From a virus, in the IMG/VR virus record IMGVR_UViG_3300007539_000009, positions 32,001-96,000 of that record: a DNA stretch of 64,000 nucleotides; one strand, written 5' to 3'. The position numbers and the translations under genes were made by a program. The notes under the pieces are model-generated. The model was not told the origin of the DNA. It saw only the letters and a list, made by a program, of their open reading frames with translations, and did not search any database. Positions 26,946 through 36,800 of the stretch are shown here, in pieces (positions within the stretch are counted from its first letter, which is position 1; every line of letters starts with the position of its first letter).

Positions 26946-28628
26946 TTACCCGCTGTAAGTAATGTTCTTCAGTTCCGTCAGGTCGCGGATAACAGCGTCT
27001 AGTGCAAACAGCGCTGTACGGATCGGAGACGAGTCAACCTCAAGGCCAACGCGTGCTGCAATCAGTAACTGAGCAACGGCGCGACGAGCGTCTCGCATCG
27101 TGTCCAGCGACTCCACGAACTTCAGGACGTTTTGCTCGTTCAAGAAGTTGAGGCTGAGCACTGCGTCTACTGTGCGTCGGCTCAGCTCTTCTGCGCTTTC
27201 AGCACACTTGATGAGCTGCTGGCGCTCAGCTTGGTAGATAGCCTGCTCAACCAGAGCTGCCGTTTTCCAGAGAGCTGCCTTCTCTTCGTTCGAGAGAACC
27301 GGCATGCCTTCGATCGGCTTAACCTCCGGAGCGGGCAGCTCTACGTAGCTGACTACGCCATCAGCCATCAGCCGGCTAGCGGCCTCTTTTGCGAAGGCAT
27401 CTTCATACGTCCGTCCGAGGTAGTCAGCCAACTCACGCAGTCTGACTGTCTCACCGTCAGGCATGCGGGCGTAGCCGCCTACCTTTGTGATCGTTTGGGC
27501 TGCCGGCACGTCGCTGGTTGTGGGCTGGTAGTCCACAGGCTGTGCCTTGTCTGCGAGCTTCAAGAAGATCCAGTCGTCGTTCAGCAGGATGGTGTCCACA
27601 TCCCCTTCAACACGCTGGAACGGTTGCTCGCTAGCAGTCTTGCGGAACTTGATTGACTTATCGCCACGCAGTTCAGCGATGTAGTCATTGCCGGCGGAAC
27701 CGCGAATGTTCACGGGCTCGGTGACGATGGTGTCCGCCGATTTGACGAACACAAAGACGCCGGTACCGCTCCAGTCGTCCTCCTCAAGCTCCGGCACGCC
27801 GTCGTACGCAGAGCCCCACAGGGGACGATCAGTAAACGCGGCAGTTTTGTCGAGGCCCACAAACGCCTGGACACCTTCACGCAGGTCGTCCAAGTCGAAG
27901 TAGTAGACGTTGTGCGCTACGAAGCCGGCTCGCTCACCATCAGCGGTAGCGACCTTGTATATGCCCGGTTCCTGGATCAGCTGAGCAGGGTTGACCTCTA
28001 CATCGACTACGGCTGCTGCTGCTCGCGTGTCTTCAACGACAGGCTCAGTGGCGTTTGCTGCGTACTTGCGCAGCACGTCCTCGAAAGCGCGGCTGGTCGT
28101 CAGACCCCACTCCAGCTGGTTCGGCTTGAGGTACGCCATAGCCTGCTTGACTTGATCGTCAGCGTAGCTAAGCGATGCGTAAGCGTACTTGCCGTCAAAC
28201 GGAGGCAACGTGAGATACGCAATCGATGCGTCGGACGACTCACCTGAACGGCCCGGCTTCACCGGCTCCCCGATCGGGTCGTCACGCTGCAGCGCTTCCT
28301 CCAGCGCAGGACGTGTGAGCGGCAGCACGTCCTCTTTGCTAATGAACACGTCTAGCGGTGCTAGGCGGCAATCAGAGATCACGACAGGGATGATTACCTT
28401 GTCGTCAATGTTGATCGCACCGACACCGTGCCCACTATCAGAGTCCGTCTTGTTCATGCGGACGTTGATGTGGTAGTCGGCCAAGTACGGCTGCGTTTGG
28501 TGCAGCACGTCCATGACCTCCTCAGGCCAGTTCTTTGAGTCACGTGACAGCCGTGAGGATGCCGACTTCTCGAAGTCGCCGAAGCTCGGGGCCTCAGCAA
28601 ACAGCGCTTGTCCCCGGAGCTTAGGCAT
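26946..28628 (-). CDS. Head-associated protein with about 13 K-x-A sites
   Basis: 13 of 27 lysines are in K-x-A (hand count). Confidence 0.7.
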   Translation of the reverse strand: MPKLRGQALFAEAPSFGDFEKSASSRLSRDSKNWPEEVMDVLHQTQPYLADYHINVRMNKTDSDSGHGVGAINIDDKVIIPVVISDCRLAPLDVFISKEDVLPLTRPALEEALQRDDPIGEPVKPGRSGESSDASIAYLTLPPFDGKYAYASLSYADDQVKQAMAYLKPNQLEWGLTTSRAFEDVLRKYAANATEPVVEDTRAAAAVVDVEVNPAQLIQEPGIYKVATADGERAGFVAHNVYYFDLDDLREGVQAFVGLDKTAAFTDRPLWGSAYDGVPELEEDDWSGTGVFVFVKSADTIVTEPVNIRGSAGNDYIAELRGDKSIKFRKTASEQPFQRVEGDVDTILLNDDWIFLKLADKAQPVDYQPTTSDVPAAQTITKVGGYARMPDGETVRLRELADYLGRTYEDAFAKEAASRLMADGVVSYVELPAPEVKPIEGMPVLSNEEKAALWKTAALVEQAIYQAERQQLIKCAESAEELSRRTVDAVLSLNFLNEQNVLKFVESLDTMRDARRAVAQLLIAARVGLEVDSSPIRTALFALDAVIRDLTELKNITYSG

Positions 28629-28980
28629 TGCGTGTCACCTGCAGTACACCAATGTGCTGCGGATCGGTTCCTGGTGAGAACTTGTCAGAATTGACAGAAA
28701 CGAAGATGGGCGCGTAGCGACGGTATGCATCCAACGTGATTGCTTGGGCGGACGTACCAGTGGCGTTGAAGCCTCCGGTCTCTCCGGGCATCAACGTAGC
28801 CCACGTACCGCCGGCGCCGGCTACCTGGATACGCAGGATCACAGGAATGCGACCTTTGTTGGTGATGCTGTAGCTAGCGTTGGTTGTAACGCCTATCACA
28901 CCAAGCTGCGTCGTCTTGACGCTTGAGGTGCTGTCGAACGCGGGTTCAACGCGGACCCAGTACTGTGTGAGATTGGTCAT
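28621..28980 (-). CDS. Small beta-rich virion protein
   Basis: 119 aa, follows the spike gene. Confidence 0.6.
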   Translation of the reverse strand: MTNLTQYWVRVEPAFDSTSSVKTTQLGVIGVTTNASYSITNKGRIPVILRIQVAGAGGTWATLMPGETGGFNATGTSAQAITLDAYRRYAPIFVSVNSDKFSPGTDPQHIGVLQVTRNA

Positions 28981-28998
28981 AGCTGCTTAGACCCATTA

Positions 28999-30435
28999 TC
29001 AGGTCATCGGGACACTTGTGGGACCGCTCGGACCTTCGGGCGTCGGGTGAATGTGTGCGTTGTAGCTGGTGCGGATCTCGACCAGGTCCCCCAAGGCGTC
29101 CGCCACCAAGCCGGCAGCTGTGACATTTCCTTGGGCGGTCACATTCCCTTGAATGTTCATGTTGCCCTGCAGCTCGACGTCGCCAGTCACGTCTACTCCA
29201 TTCTGGGAAACTACAACTGTCCTGTTGACAGTGACTTCCAGCCCTTCGTCAGTCAACCGGAAGAACTGAGACCCGCGCTCTACCCGTGTGCCTTGGGAGT
29301 CAATGACCAGCTGATGCGGGGTGCCTGACCCCGTCTCCTGGATCTTGAGCTCGCCGGAGTCCGAGTTGAACGTGATGTCGAACTTGTCACCAACCTTGAA
29401 GTGGACGCCGGCTGAAACAGGCCCGCCAACAGCATCCTGCACCCCTCCAGGGGTGTTGGGGTTCGAAAAGTCCGTGCTGGGGTGCGGCGCATTCTCTGCG
29501 GCCAACTCCCCCATTTCCAGGCTCAGCAGCTGCTCTCCAGCCTGCTGCTGCATCCGGTAGGTGTTGGTCTCGTTGTCGATCTCCTCGACGCGATGGCCAC
29601 CCCACAGCCGGCGGCGCCCTCGAGCAACGATCGGGAGGCTGCCCAGCCCCGCTACATCATCGACAATCACCAGAGGCACGAATCCGGTGAACTCCCGCAG
29701 GTCTACGTCTTGCGCAAGACTCTGAGCCCGAAGCAGGTTCAAGTGCGTCACCCGCCCCTGTGTCGCCCCGGAGGCAGTGACCGTGGTGTGGGTGTCCGTC
29801 CACCCTGCAGACTCAAACGACCAGTCCCGACACGACGCTTGGATGCGGTTTCCCTGGGAGTGCATCAGGAAGTAGGTGCGGCGGGACTTCGGTTGGAGCA
29901 AGATGTCTCCGAAGTCGTAGACCCGCACTAACGCACGCTCCTGGTTGAGCCGCGCACGGTTCTGCATGATCGCGTCACCGGGGAAGATCGCCGACTCAGC
30001 GATGCCGCGCTGGTCTATTCGTCGGAAGCTGATCTGCTGACCTGTGCGGTTGAGGAGGTCACCTTCGAGGTTGGTTGCAGAGTCAGCAAGCTGCTCTTCG
30101 ATGGTGTTGGCCTCTGTGCCTGTATTGGCAGAGATGACATCAAGCTCACCGATCACTACCCAATCAGCACCTACGAAGTGAGCAGTGATTACGCGCGTAC
30201 CTTGCGAGTACGGCCGTTCTGCGCCTTGCCGCATAGCGGAGCAGAGACGATCCCCGATACGGTCGATCGTGACGTTGTAAACCCGTGTCTTCGGGTTGTA
30301 GCCACGAATCACACCAGCAAACATCTGGTGCGACCGGTTCACCCCTCGCGTTTGGTAGGCGTACAGCTGCTGACCCGCTGTGCTCAACACAGCAGGCTTA
30401 TTGCCTCCAAGTCCTGAAGGGTAGCCCGCGTCCAT
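28999..30435 (-). CDS. Baseplate central spike (gpV/VgrG-like)
   Basis: OB-fold-like N-terminus (GVIRGYNP.TRVYNV...GTRVI), C-terminal beta-helix VTGDVELQGNMNIQGNVTAQGNV, and an apex H-x-H (NAHIHP). Confidence 0.75.
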   Translation of the reverse strand: MDAGYPSGLGGNKPAVLSTAGQQLYAYQTRGVNRSHQMFAGVIRGYNPKTRVYNVTIDRIGDRLCSAMRQGAERPYSQGTRVITAHFVGADWVVIGELDVISANTGTEANTIEEQLADSATNLEGDLLNRTGQQISFRRIDQRGIAESAIFPGDAIMQNRARLNQERALVRVYDFGDILLQPKSRRTYFLMHSQGNRIQASCRDWSFESAGWTDTHTTVTASGATQGRVTHLNLLRAQSLAQDVDLREFTGFVPLVIVDDVAGLGSLPIVARGRRRLWGGHRVEEIDNETNTYRMQQQAGEQLLSLEMGELAAENAPHPSTDFSNPNTPGGVQDAVGGPVSAGVHFKVGDKFDITFNSDSGELKIQETGSGTPHQLVIDSQGTRVERGSQFFRLTDEGLEVTVNRTVVVSQNGVDVTGDVELQGNMNIQGNVTAQGNVTAAGLVADALGDLVEIRTSYNAHIHPTPEGPSGPTSVPMT

Positions 30436-30887
30436 CAGATCTGCTTGACGCTCTCCTTCAGCGACTCAATGATCTTCTCGCGAATCTCAGGACGCCGCGT
30501 CTCGATGATGCGAATCAGGCGCTGCACCCAGTCTTTGAGTGAGATCCTCAAGCCCTTTTGTTGAGGCAGGGCAATCGTCTTCTGCGCAAAGCGGCGAACG
30601 ATTTCGCGCTCCTCACCAGTGGCCGGAGCACCTTTGTAGTCGCGGCGGAACTGCTGTGCTTCCAAGTCTTGCCGACGGCCTGCGCGGTCGATCTCAGTCG
30701 TTGTGTACTGATGCTCAGCAATCTTGGCGAGCTCAGACACGTAGCTCTCCATAGCTCCTCGTTTCACAAATCCTCCTGGTATAGTTCGGCTCCCGGGCAG
30801 CACCGCACGATTGAATCCAGTTCCGGCCGTCAACTTGACGTTTGCCAGCTTTTCAAGTTGAGCCAAGAGTGCTTCGTATGCGTTCAT
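30435..30887 (-). CDS. Small protein with two ELxKxA tags
   Basis: LLAQLEKLAN and YVSELAKIAE. Coupled to the RNAP stop. Confidence 0.65.
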   Translation of the reverse strand: MNAYEALLAQLEKLANVKLTAGTGFNRAVLPGSRTIPGGFVKRGAMESYVSELAKIAEHQYTTTEIDRAGRRQDLEAQQFRRDYKGAPATGEEREIVRRFAQKTIALPQQKGLRISLKDWVQRLIRIIETRRPEIREKIIESLKESVKQI

Positions 30888-33800
30888 ATCTTGACAGGGC
30901 GCTTGACAGAGTCGATGGAGCGCAGATTAGTCAGCGCCAGTTGAGAGATGGGATGACCTTTTTGCAGATCAGTCTTCAACCCCATGGTGGGGGCTCGCTC
31001 GAGCGTCTTCTGGAGCTTTTCGTGGATTAGCGATCCGACAAAGTCGGTGCTGTAGCTAGGCGCGGCCTTGATGCCTGCGACCAGCGGCTCGTATTCGATC
31101 TCTTTGCCCCGCATCTTGCGAATCTTGGCGTTGTACTCTTCGATCTGATTAGTAAGCACAAAGTCGCCGGACACGACACCGAACTTGGACCCATCGTTGG
31201 CTTCAGTGACCTTCGCCCGGTTGGTCAAAGGCGTGATCGCAGTCTCATAGATCTTGCGGCGAATCTTACTGCCTGACGCGCTGTAGTTCTTATCCAGCTC
31301 ATCAATCAGGTAGTTCTGCACGCGCGGCAGATCTCCTGTGAGGTCCAGCAGCTCTTTCGGCTCGACGATGCCGTGGCGGCTGAGTTGATCGCCTGCTTTG
31401 ACCCGCTGGCCTCGCGTCACCTTGGTTGCGAGCTCTTGCGGGATGAAATGTCTAGTGCCCGACACGAAGACATAGTCGCCCCCGGTAGGACCGGGCTCGA
31501 TCTTGTTAACTACACCGTCGTTCTGAGCCAGAACTGCTTTACCTCTAATGGTTTGCGGCATTTCCAGGATCTGCTTGATCCGGTCAAAGCCAAGGTTCGA
31601 CTCTGAGCCAACCGCACCACCTGTGTGGAACGCGCGCAACGTCACCTGCGTAGCACGCTCGCCAATAGTCTGCCCAGCAAGCGCACCAATGTGGAAACCA
31701 ATGCGAGGTGACTTACCACTCTCGTCGAGGCCAAAGCATTTCTGGCAGATGCCGCCAACTGCCTTACACGTCATAGGCGAACGCACCTTGATGCGCTTCT
31801 CGCCCTTCTGCCGCAAGCGGCGTGCAAGCTCTTGCGTGATGATTTGATTGCGGTACGCACCCTCAGCACCGTAGCGGTCGGAGATCTCCTTGTCGTCAAG
31901 AGACATCTCGATACCCTGCATCGTTCCGCAGTCATCCGCTTTGATGGTCATCTCGACGTTCGAGTTGACCAGCAGGCGGCTTAAGTAGCCTGTATCAGCA
32001 ACAGACAGACCTTTGTCGATCAGACCCTTACGTGCACCAGGCGTTGTGCTGAGGTAGGCGCCAAGGTCGTGGCCTTCTGCGTAGGACTTGCCGACGATGA
32101 TCGGTACGACCTGGTTTTTGTGGTCACGGGTGCCTACGGGGCTAAGCACCATCTGCTGGATCTGGCCTTTCTTGCCCAGCGCGCCAGACAGCGGACCAGC
32201 CTCGACGAACCGGTTGTTGATTGCAGCGTCTAGCAACAAGCTGAGCTCCGCCACGGCCTCGTTAGCCGCTACGTCGTACCCGACGGTCTTGCTGCGGCGC
32301 TTAGCCTTCCTAATCACCGCATCCCGCTTCTTCGTGTCGATTTCCAGGTCGCGGAGACTGACGCTGAAGCCGACTTCGGTGACGTAGTGGTTGCCGAGGT
32401 TCTTGACCTCTGTGATTACACGCGCTGCTTCGCCGGACGAGAGCTCGCGCCCCGCACGCTCCAGATCGGCGTCCATGAGCTTACGTGTCGTTGAGCGGTA
32501 CGCAGGCCGCACAGCTTGCGGGAAAGTCTGCGCGTAGATCCACTGGCCGATGCAGTGCACCTGCCCGCCCACGCGTGCCGCCTGGTTCGCCTTGACCTTC
32601 TTGTCGCGGTAGAGCTGGAACAGGCTTTCCCAGTTACTCACTGACGGCGTGTTGCCTCTGACCTTTGGGGTGGTCATCAGGTACACACCCAGCGCAGTCT
32701 CCTTGGTCGGCGAATGTACGAGACTGTGGTCCTGCGGGCTGAACAGGTTTTTGCTAGGCAGCAGCCGGTCAAACGCCTCTTTGCGCGCCTCTTCCGACAC
32801 CGGCACATGGATACCCGCCGTGTCGCCGTCGAAGTCCATGTTGAAGCCACCCACAATCAGCGGGTTGACCTCAACGGCCTTGCCTTGGATCAGTCGCGGC
32901 TTAAACGCTTGGATCGAGAACTTGTGCAGCGACGGGGCGCGGTTCATCAGCACAGGCCGATGCTCCATCTCAATCTCGAGCGCCTTGACGGCCAGCGGAT
33001 CGTTCTCTTCGATCGCTTTGCGTGCTTCGATAGGTGTCTTGCCCATCGACTGCAGCCGCTTGACCACAAACGGCTTGTACACCCGAGCTGCCATCTCTTG
33101 AGGCACACCGACCTCATCGAGATGCATCTTCGGGTTCGGAATTACGGTTGACCGCCCCGTAAGATCCTGCGCCCTACCGGACACTTTCGATTGGAAGAAC
33201 CCATACTTCGGAGCTGTCTTCCCTTTGATCTGTGAGACGAAACCTTGAAAGTTGCGTGCGCGAGTAAGTGGGTCACTCGTTCCGACCACACCTCCCACGG
33301 CTCCCGTGAGTGCTTGGTAGAGCGGACGTAGGTTCTCCTCATCAACCCCGAGACGGCGCAGCTCGCGAATCTGGTTGTTGACGAGCATGACTTCCCGGTA
33401 TCCGTGCACTGCGTCAGCAACACTCAGCGTCCCATCAGGCTGCACCGCAATCTGACGGAACTTGGGCGGAATCACGGGGAGCTGTTTGTTTACATAGGCG
33501 TCGGCAGGCTTGATGCCTGACACTTTCAACGCCTTCAAGTACCGCAGCCGCTTGTGCGCCTTATCCAGCCCAGTGCCGCGCTTACCAGCAGCGGCTTTCT
33601 CGGTGATCTGAATCTCTTTCTCTACGTCAACGTTATCCAGGATGCGGCGGACACCGTCAGCCCCAGTGATGTTGCCCTCGGCTTCTTCAGTGATCTGACC
33701 GTCGGGCGTCACGAACAGCTGACGATCGATGATCTGCTGCAGCTGCTTCTTAGTCTTGAAGGCGCCGACTGCTGCGACAGCATCGATCATCAACGGGTGG

Positions 33801-36800
33801 ACAACCGGAGTTTCGAGGGTGATGTGGTTCCAGCGGTTTCCACCAATGCCGCCTGTCAGGCCAGGATCAAACAGCCCGCCCTTCTCAGGGTTCAGGTTCT
33901 TCGCGTTGACTACCAGCGGCTTCTTCAGCTCGCCGCTCGACATCGACAGGATCTCGTTGTCAGTCATAGGTGTAGCTTTGATAGTGCTACCTGACTGCTC
34001 GAGATTGATGCCAGCTGCGAGCAACATGGCAATGAACTTCTCTTCTACAAACGGCGTCTGCGGAGGAGGGGTCGGCTGCCCGGTTTGTACCGCGCGCCAG
34101 TACTCGTCGTTGCGCTGACTCTTGAGCCCGAACGCGTCGTGCAAGAACGCGGTGGCATCGCCGGACAGCAACGAGAACGTGTCTAGCGCGCCAATACGCT
34201 GCGCACTGGCGTCACCGCCTTTGGTCGGCTGTTGGTCAACGGAGTAACGCTCACCAGTAGCGGCGCGTGCAGAGATCTTCTTCGATACCTGGTGCTTCAG
34301 CTTGAACCAGGTCATGTTCCCGACGAGCACGTCATCGAGCTGGTCGCCCGTGGTGGGATCAACGATCGTCTCCTCGTCGCTGATTCCAGCGTCTGCGAGC
34401 TCCTTCTTGAGCTTCTGCAGTGTGCCGGCAGTGCCCTTCTCGTTGAAGTTGTCTGCGTAGTAGACCTTGCCCGTCTTCTCTGCGAGCTTGCCAGCTGCTG
34501 CTTCAAACAGCTGACCAGTATTGACACGCCCCGGCACGCCAGCCGGGTTCATTAGCAGGTCAATGGTCTGGTCATCCTGACCTTTGGGCATTTCGTTGTC
34601 CGGAAGGATGCAGTTTCCCGACCAATGACATTTACCGTTTCGTCGGACATATACCAAACCACCAGGGACTGTCACGCAGAACACCTCACCGCTGTACTCA
34701 GTGGTGTATCGATCTTTGTTCTGGAACCCCTGCTCAACGCGATCACGGTACAGAGATAAGCACCACTGATCGCGATACTCGTTGCGACCAGCAACAAATC
34801 GAATGACCCCGCTACCTCCTGTGAGAACCCAGGCGCGGTGCAAGTCTACTGCAAGCTGTTCTGAGGTTATCGAAATACACATAGCTTGGTGCTTCGGCCG
34901 TTTCGCGCCGTCGCCCAAGTTGAACGCGTCTACAAGTCGTGTGAGCGCTGCCTGAGACGTATGAAACCAATGCTCAGGTATGTACTTCTCCCACGCATTA
35001 CCCAGGCTGTGCAGATACTCGTACACAGCTTTGTTGGCGAACCGGAAATAGCCGTGCCCTCGAGATTTATCGGTGTAGTGGTACTTCCAGGTGATCCCTA
35101 ACTTGGTGAGCAAGGCCCCGATACGTTTACAGTTGTCGGGATTAGCTACCTGGCTTTGGGCGATATGAATGCGATACTGACGCACTTGTGCGACGCCGTA
35201 CCGACCACCGGCTAAGCAGCCTTCAGCCAGATACCATCCCAGCAGCTCGGCGAAGTCTTCAGTATTGAACTTACGAAGACAGTCACGCCCTTTAGCTCTT
35301 GCTGCTTTTGGTAGTACAAACACTGCGGCAGTGTGTTCAGGAAGCGAAGATTTAGCTGCGTACTGCAGGTACCGACGTCCCTTGACTTCATCAGCTCGCT
35401 GGAACTTGTATTCAGCGGTCTGACCGCGATAGTGCTCGATGCGGCTCCACACCCGATGGTCTGGCGTTACCAGATAGTCGAGGTGGTCGTTGGCCACTCC
35501 GTACATCGGCCCAGAGTAATCGAACCGATGAAGTGCTTCTGGTGTGACGAACTCAAGACGGCCGCCTATTTGCGCGCTAATCTTATCTGATAGCGTCAGC
35601 TCTGAAAACGGCTTCCAGCCATTGGCAGTGAGAATATCTGTCTGATCGTCAAAGCAGGTCACGATGCCCTTAGATCCGTGGCGAGATGACAGCTTGTCAC
35701 CGACCTGCATCTGCTCTTTGGTGTGGATGTAGACCTTGACAAATCCACGTGACTCCACAACGTCAACAACAGTGCCCTCATATGCACTGTCCCAGACTTC
35801 TGAGATGTCTACGAACTTCAAGCCCGCACTGCGGTGCAGCTTGCTGTAGTCGTACTCCGGGTGGTACTCCGCTTCCTGGATAGCGGGGATCAGCACAGTA
35901 CCCGGAGGCACTGTTGCACCCTTTTTGACTATGCCGGACTCGGTGTAGAGGTCAGCAGGACAGTTGGCGACTTCAGTAGGGAAGGCAGCCAGGTATTTCT
36001 TACGCCCGACATGTACCTTCTTCTTGATCTGTACGCGGAACTCATACTTGTGCGTAGAGGTCAGCTTCTTGGCGCACGACTCAGAAATGACGATACCGTC
36101 CTCGAAGTTGTACCCCTTCCAGGCGGTGTACGCGACTTTGAGGTTCTTCCCCATAGCCAGCGAACCGTCTTTGGTGAAGTTGTTTCGCGCTACGTCCTGG
36201 CCAGCTTTGACACGGTCTCCTACTTTGACGATCGGCTCGTCGTGCAAGTAGGTGTTTGAGTTCAGCGGATAGTTATGCCTAAGCGGCACTTTGTAGACGC
36301 GACCACGACTAGGTCGGATCTTGATGTAGTCGTCAGTGACCTCAGTCACCACACCGCCACGAGCCTCGCCAGTGCGGATGTCGACAGCCTTAGGCGTTAG
36401 CGCTGACCCAAACAGCTCCTCGTAGCCACCTCCTGCAAGCCGGTGCTGCACTAGAGGCTTGTCGGGGTCTACAAGCCCTACCGACTGTTCAACGTGCTTG
36501 TCCCCCATCAACACACGGTTCGCGTGGTTGTTGTTGAGGAATGGCACCATTGCCGTGGTGCTCGAGAAGAACGCGTCAGGCGACACGAAGATGTAGTCAA
36601 CCTCGCTAGCCTTAACGTCAGCGATCTGGTTGCGCCGACGTGCGCGGACCGACTCGGGGTCTTTCGGCTTAGGTTTGCCATCAAAGCCCTTCTTGGGGTC
36701 CTCCGGCATGTTGCTGTACTGGTCAGGGAACGCAACGGTCGTACCGTCGAGGTCCTGAACAGACACCTCGGTGCGCTTACCTGTCGCTGCAACGTAGACA

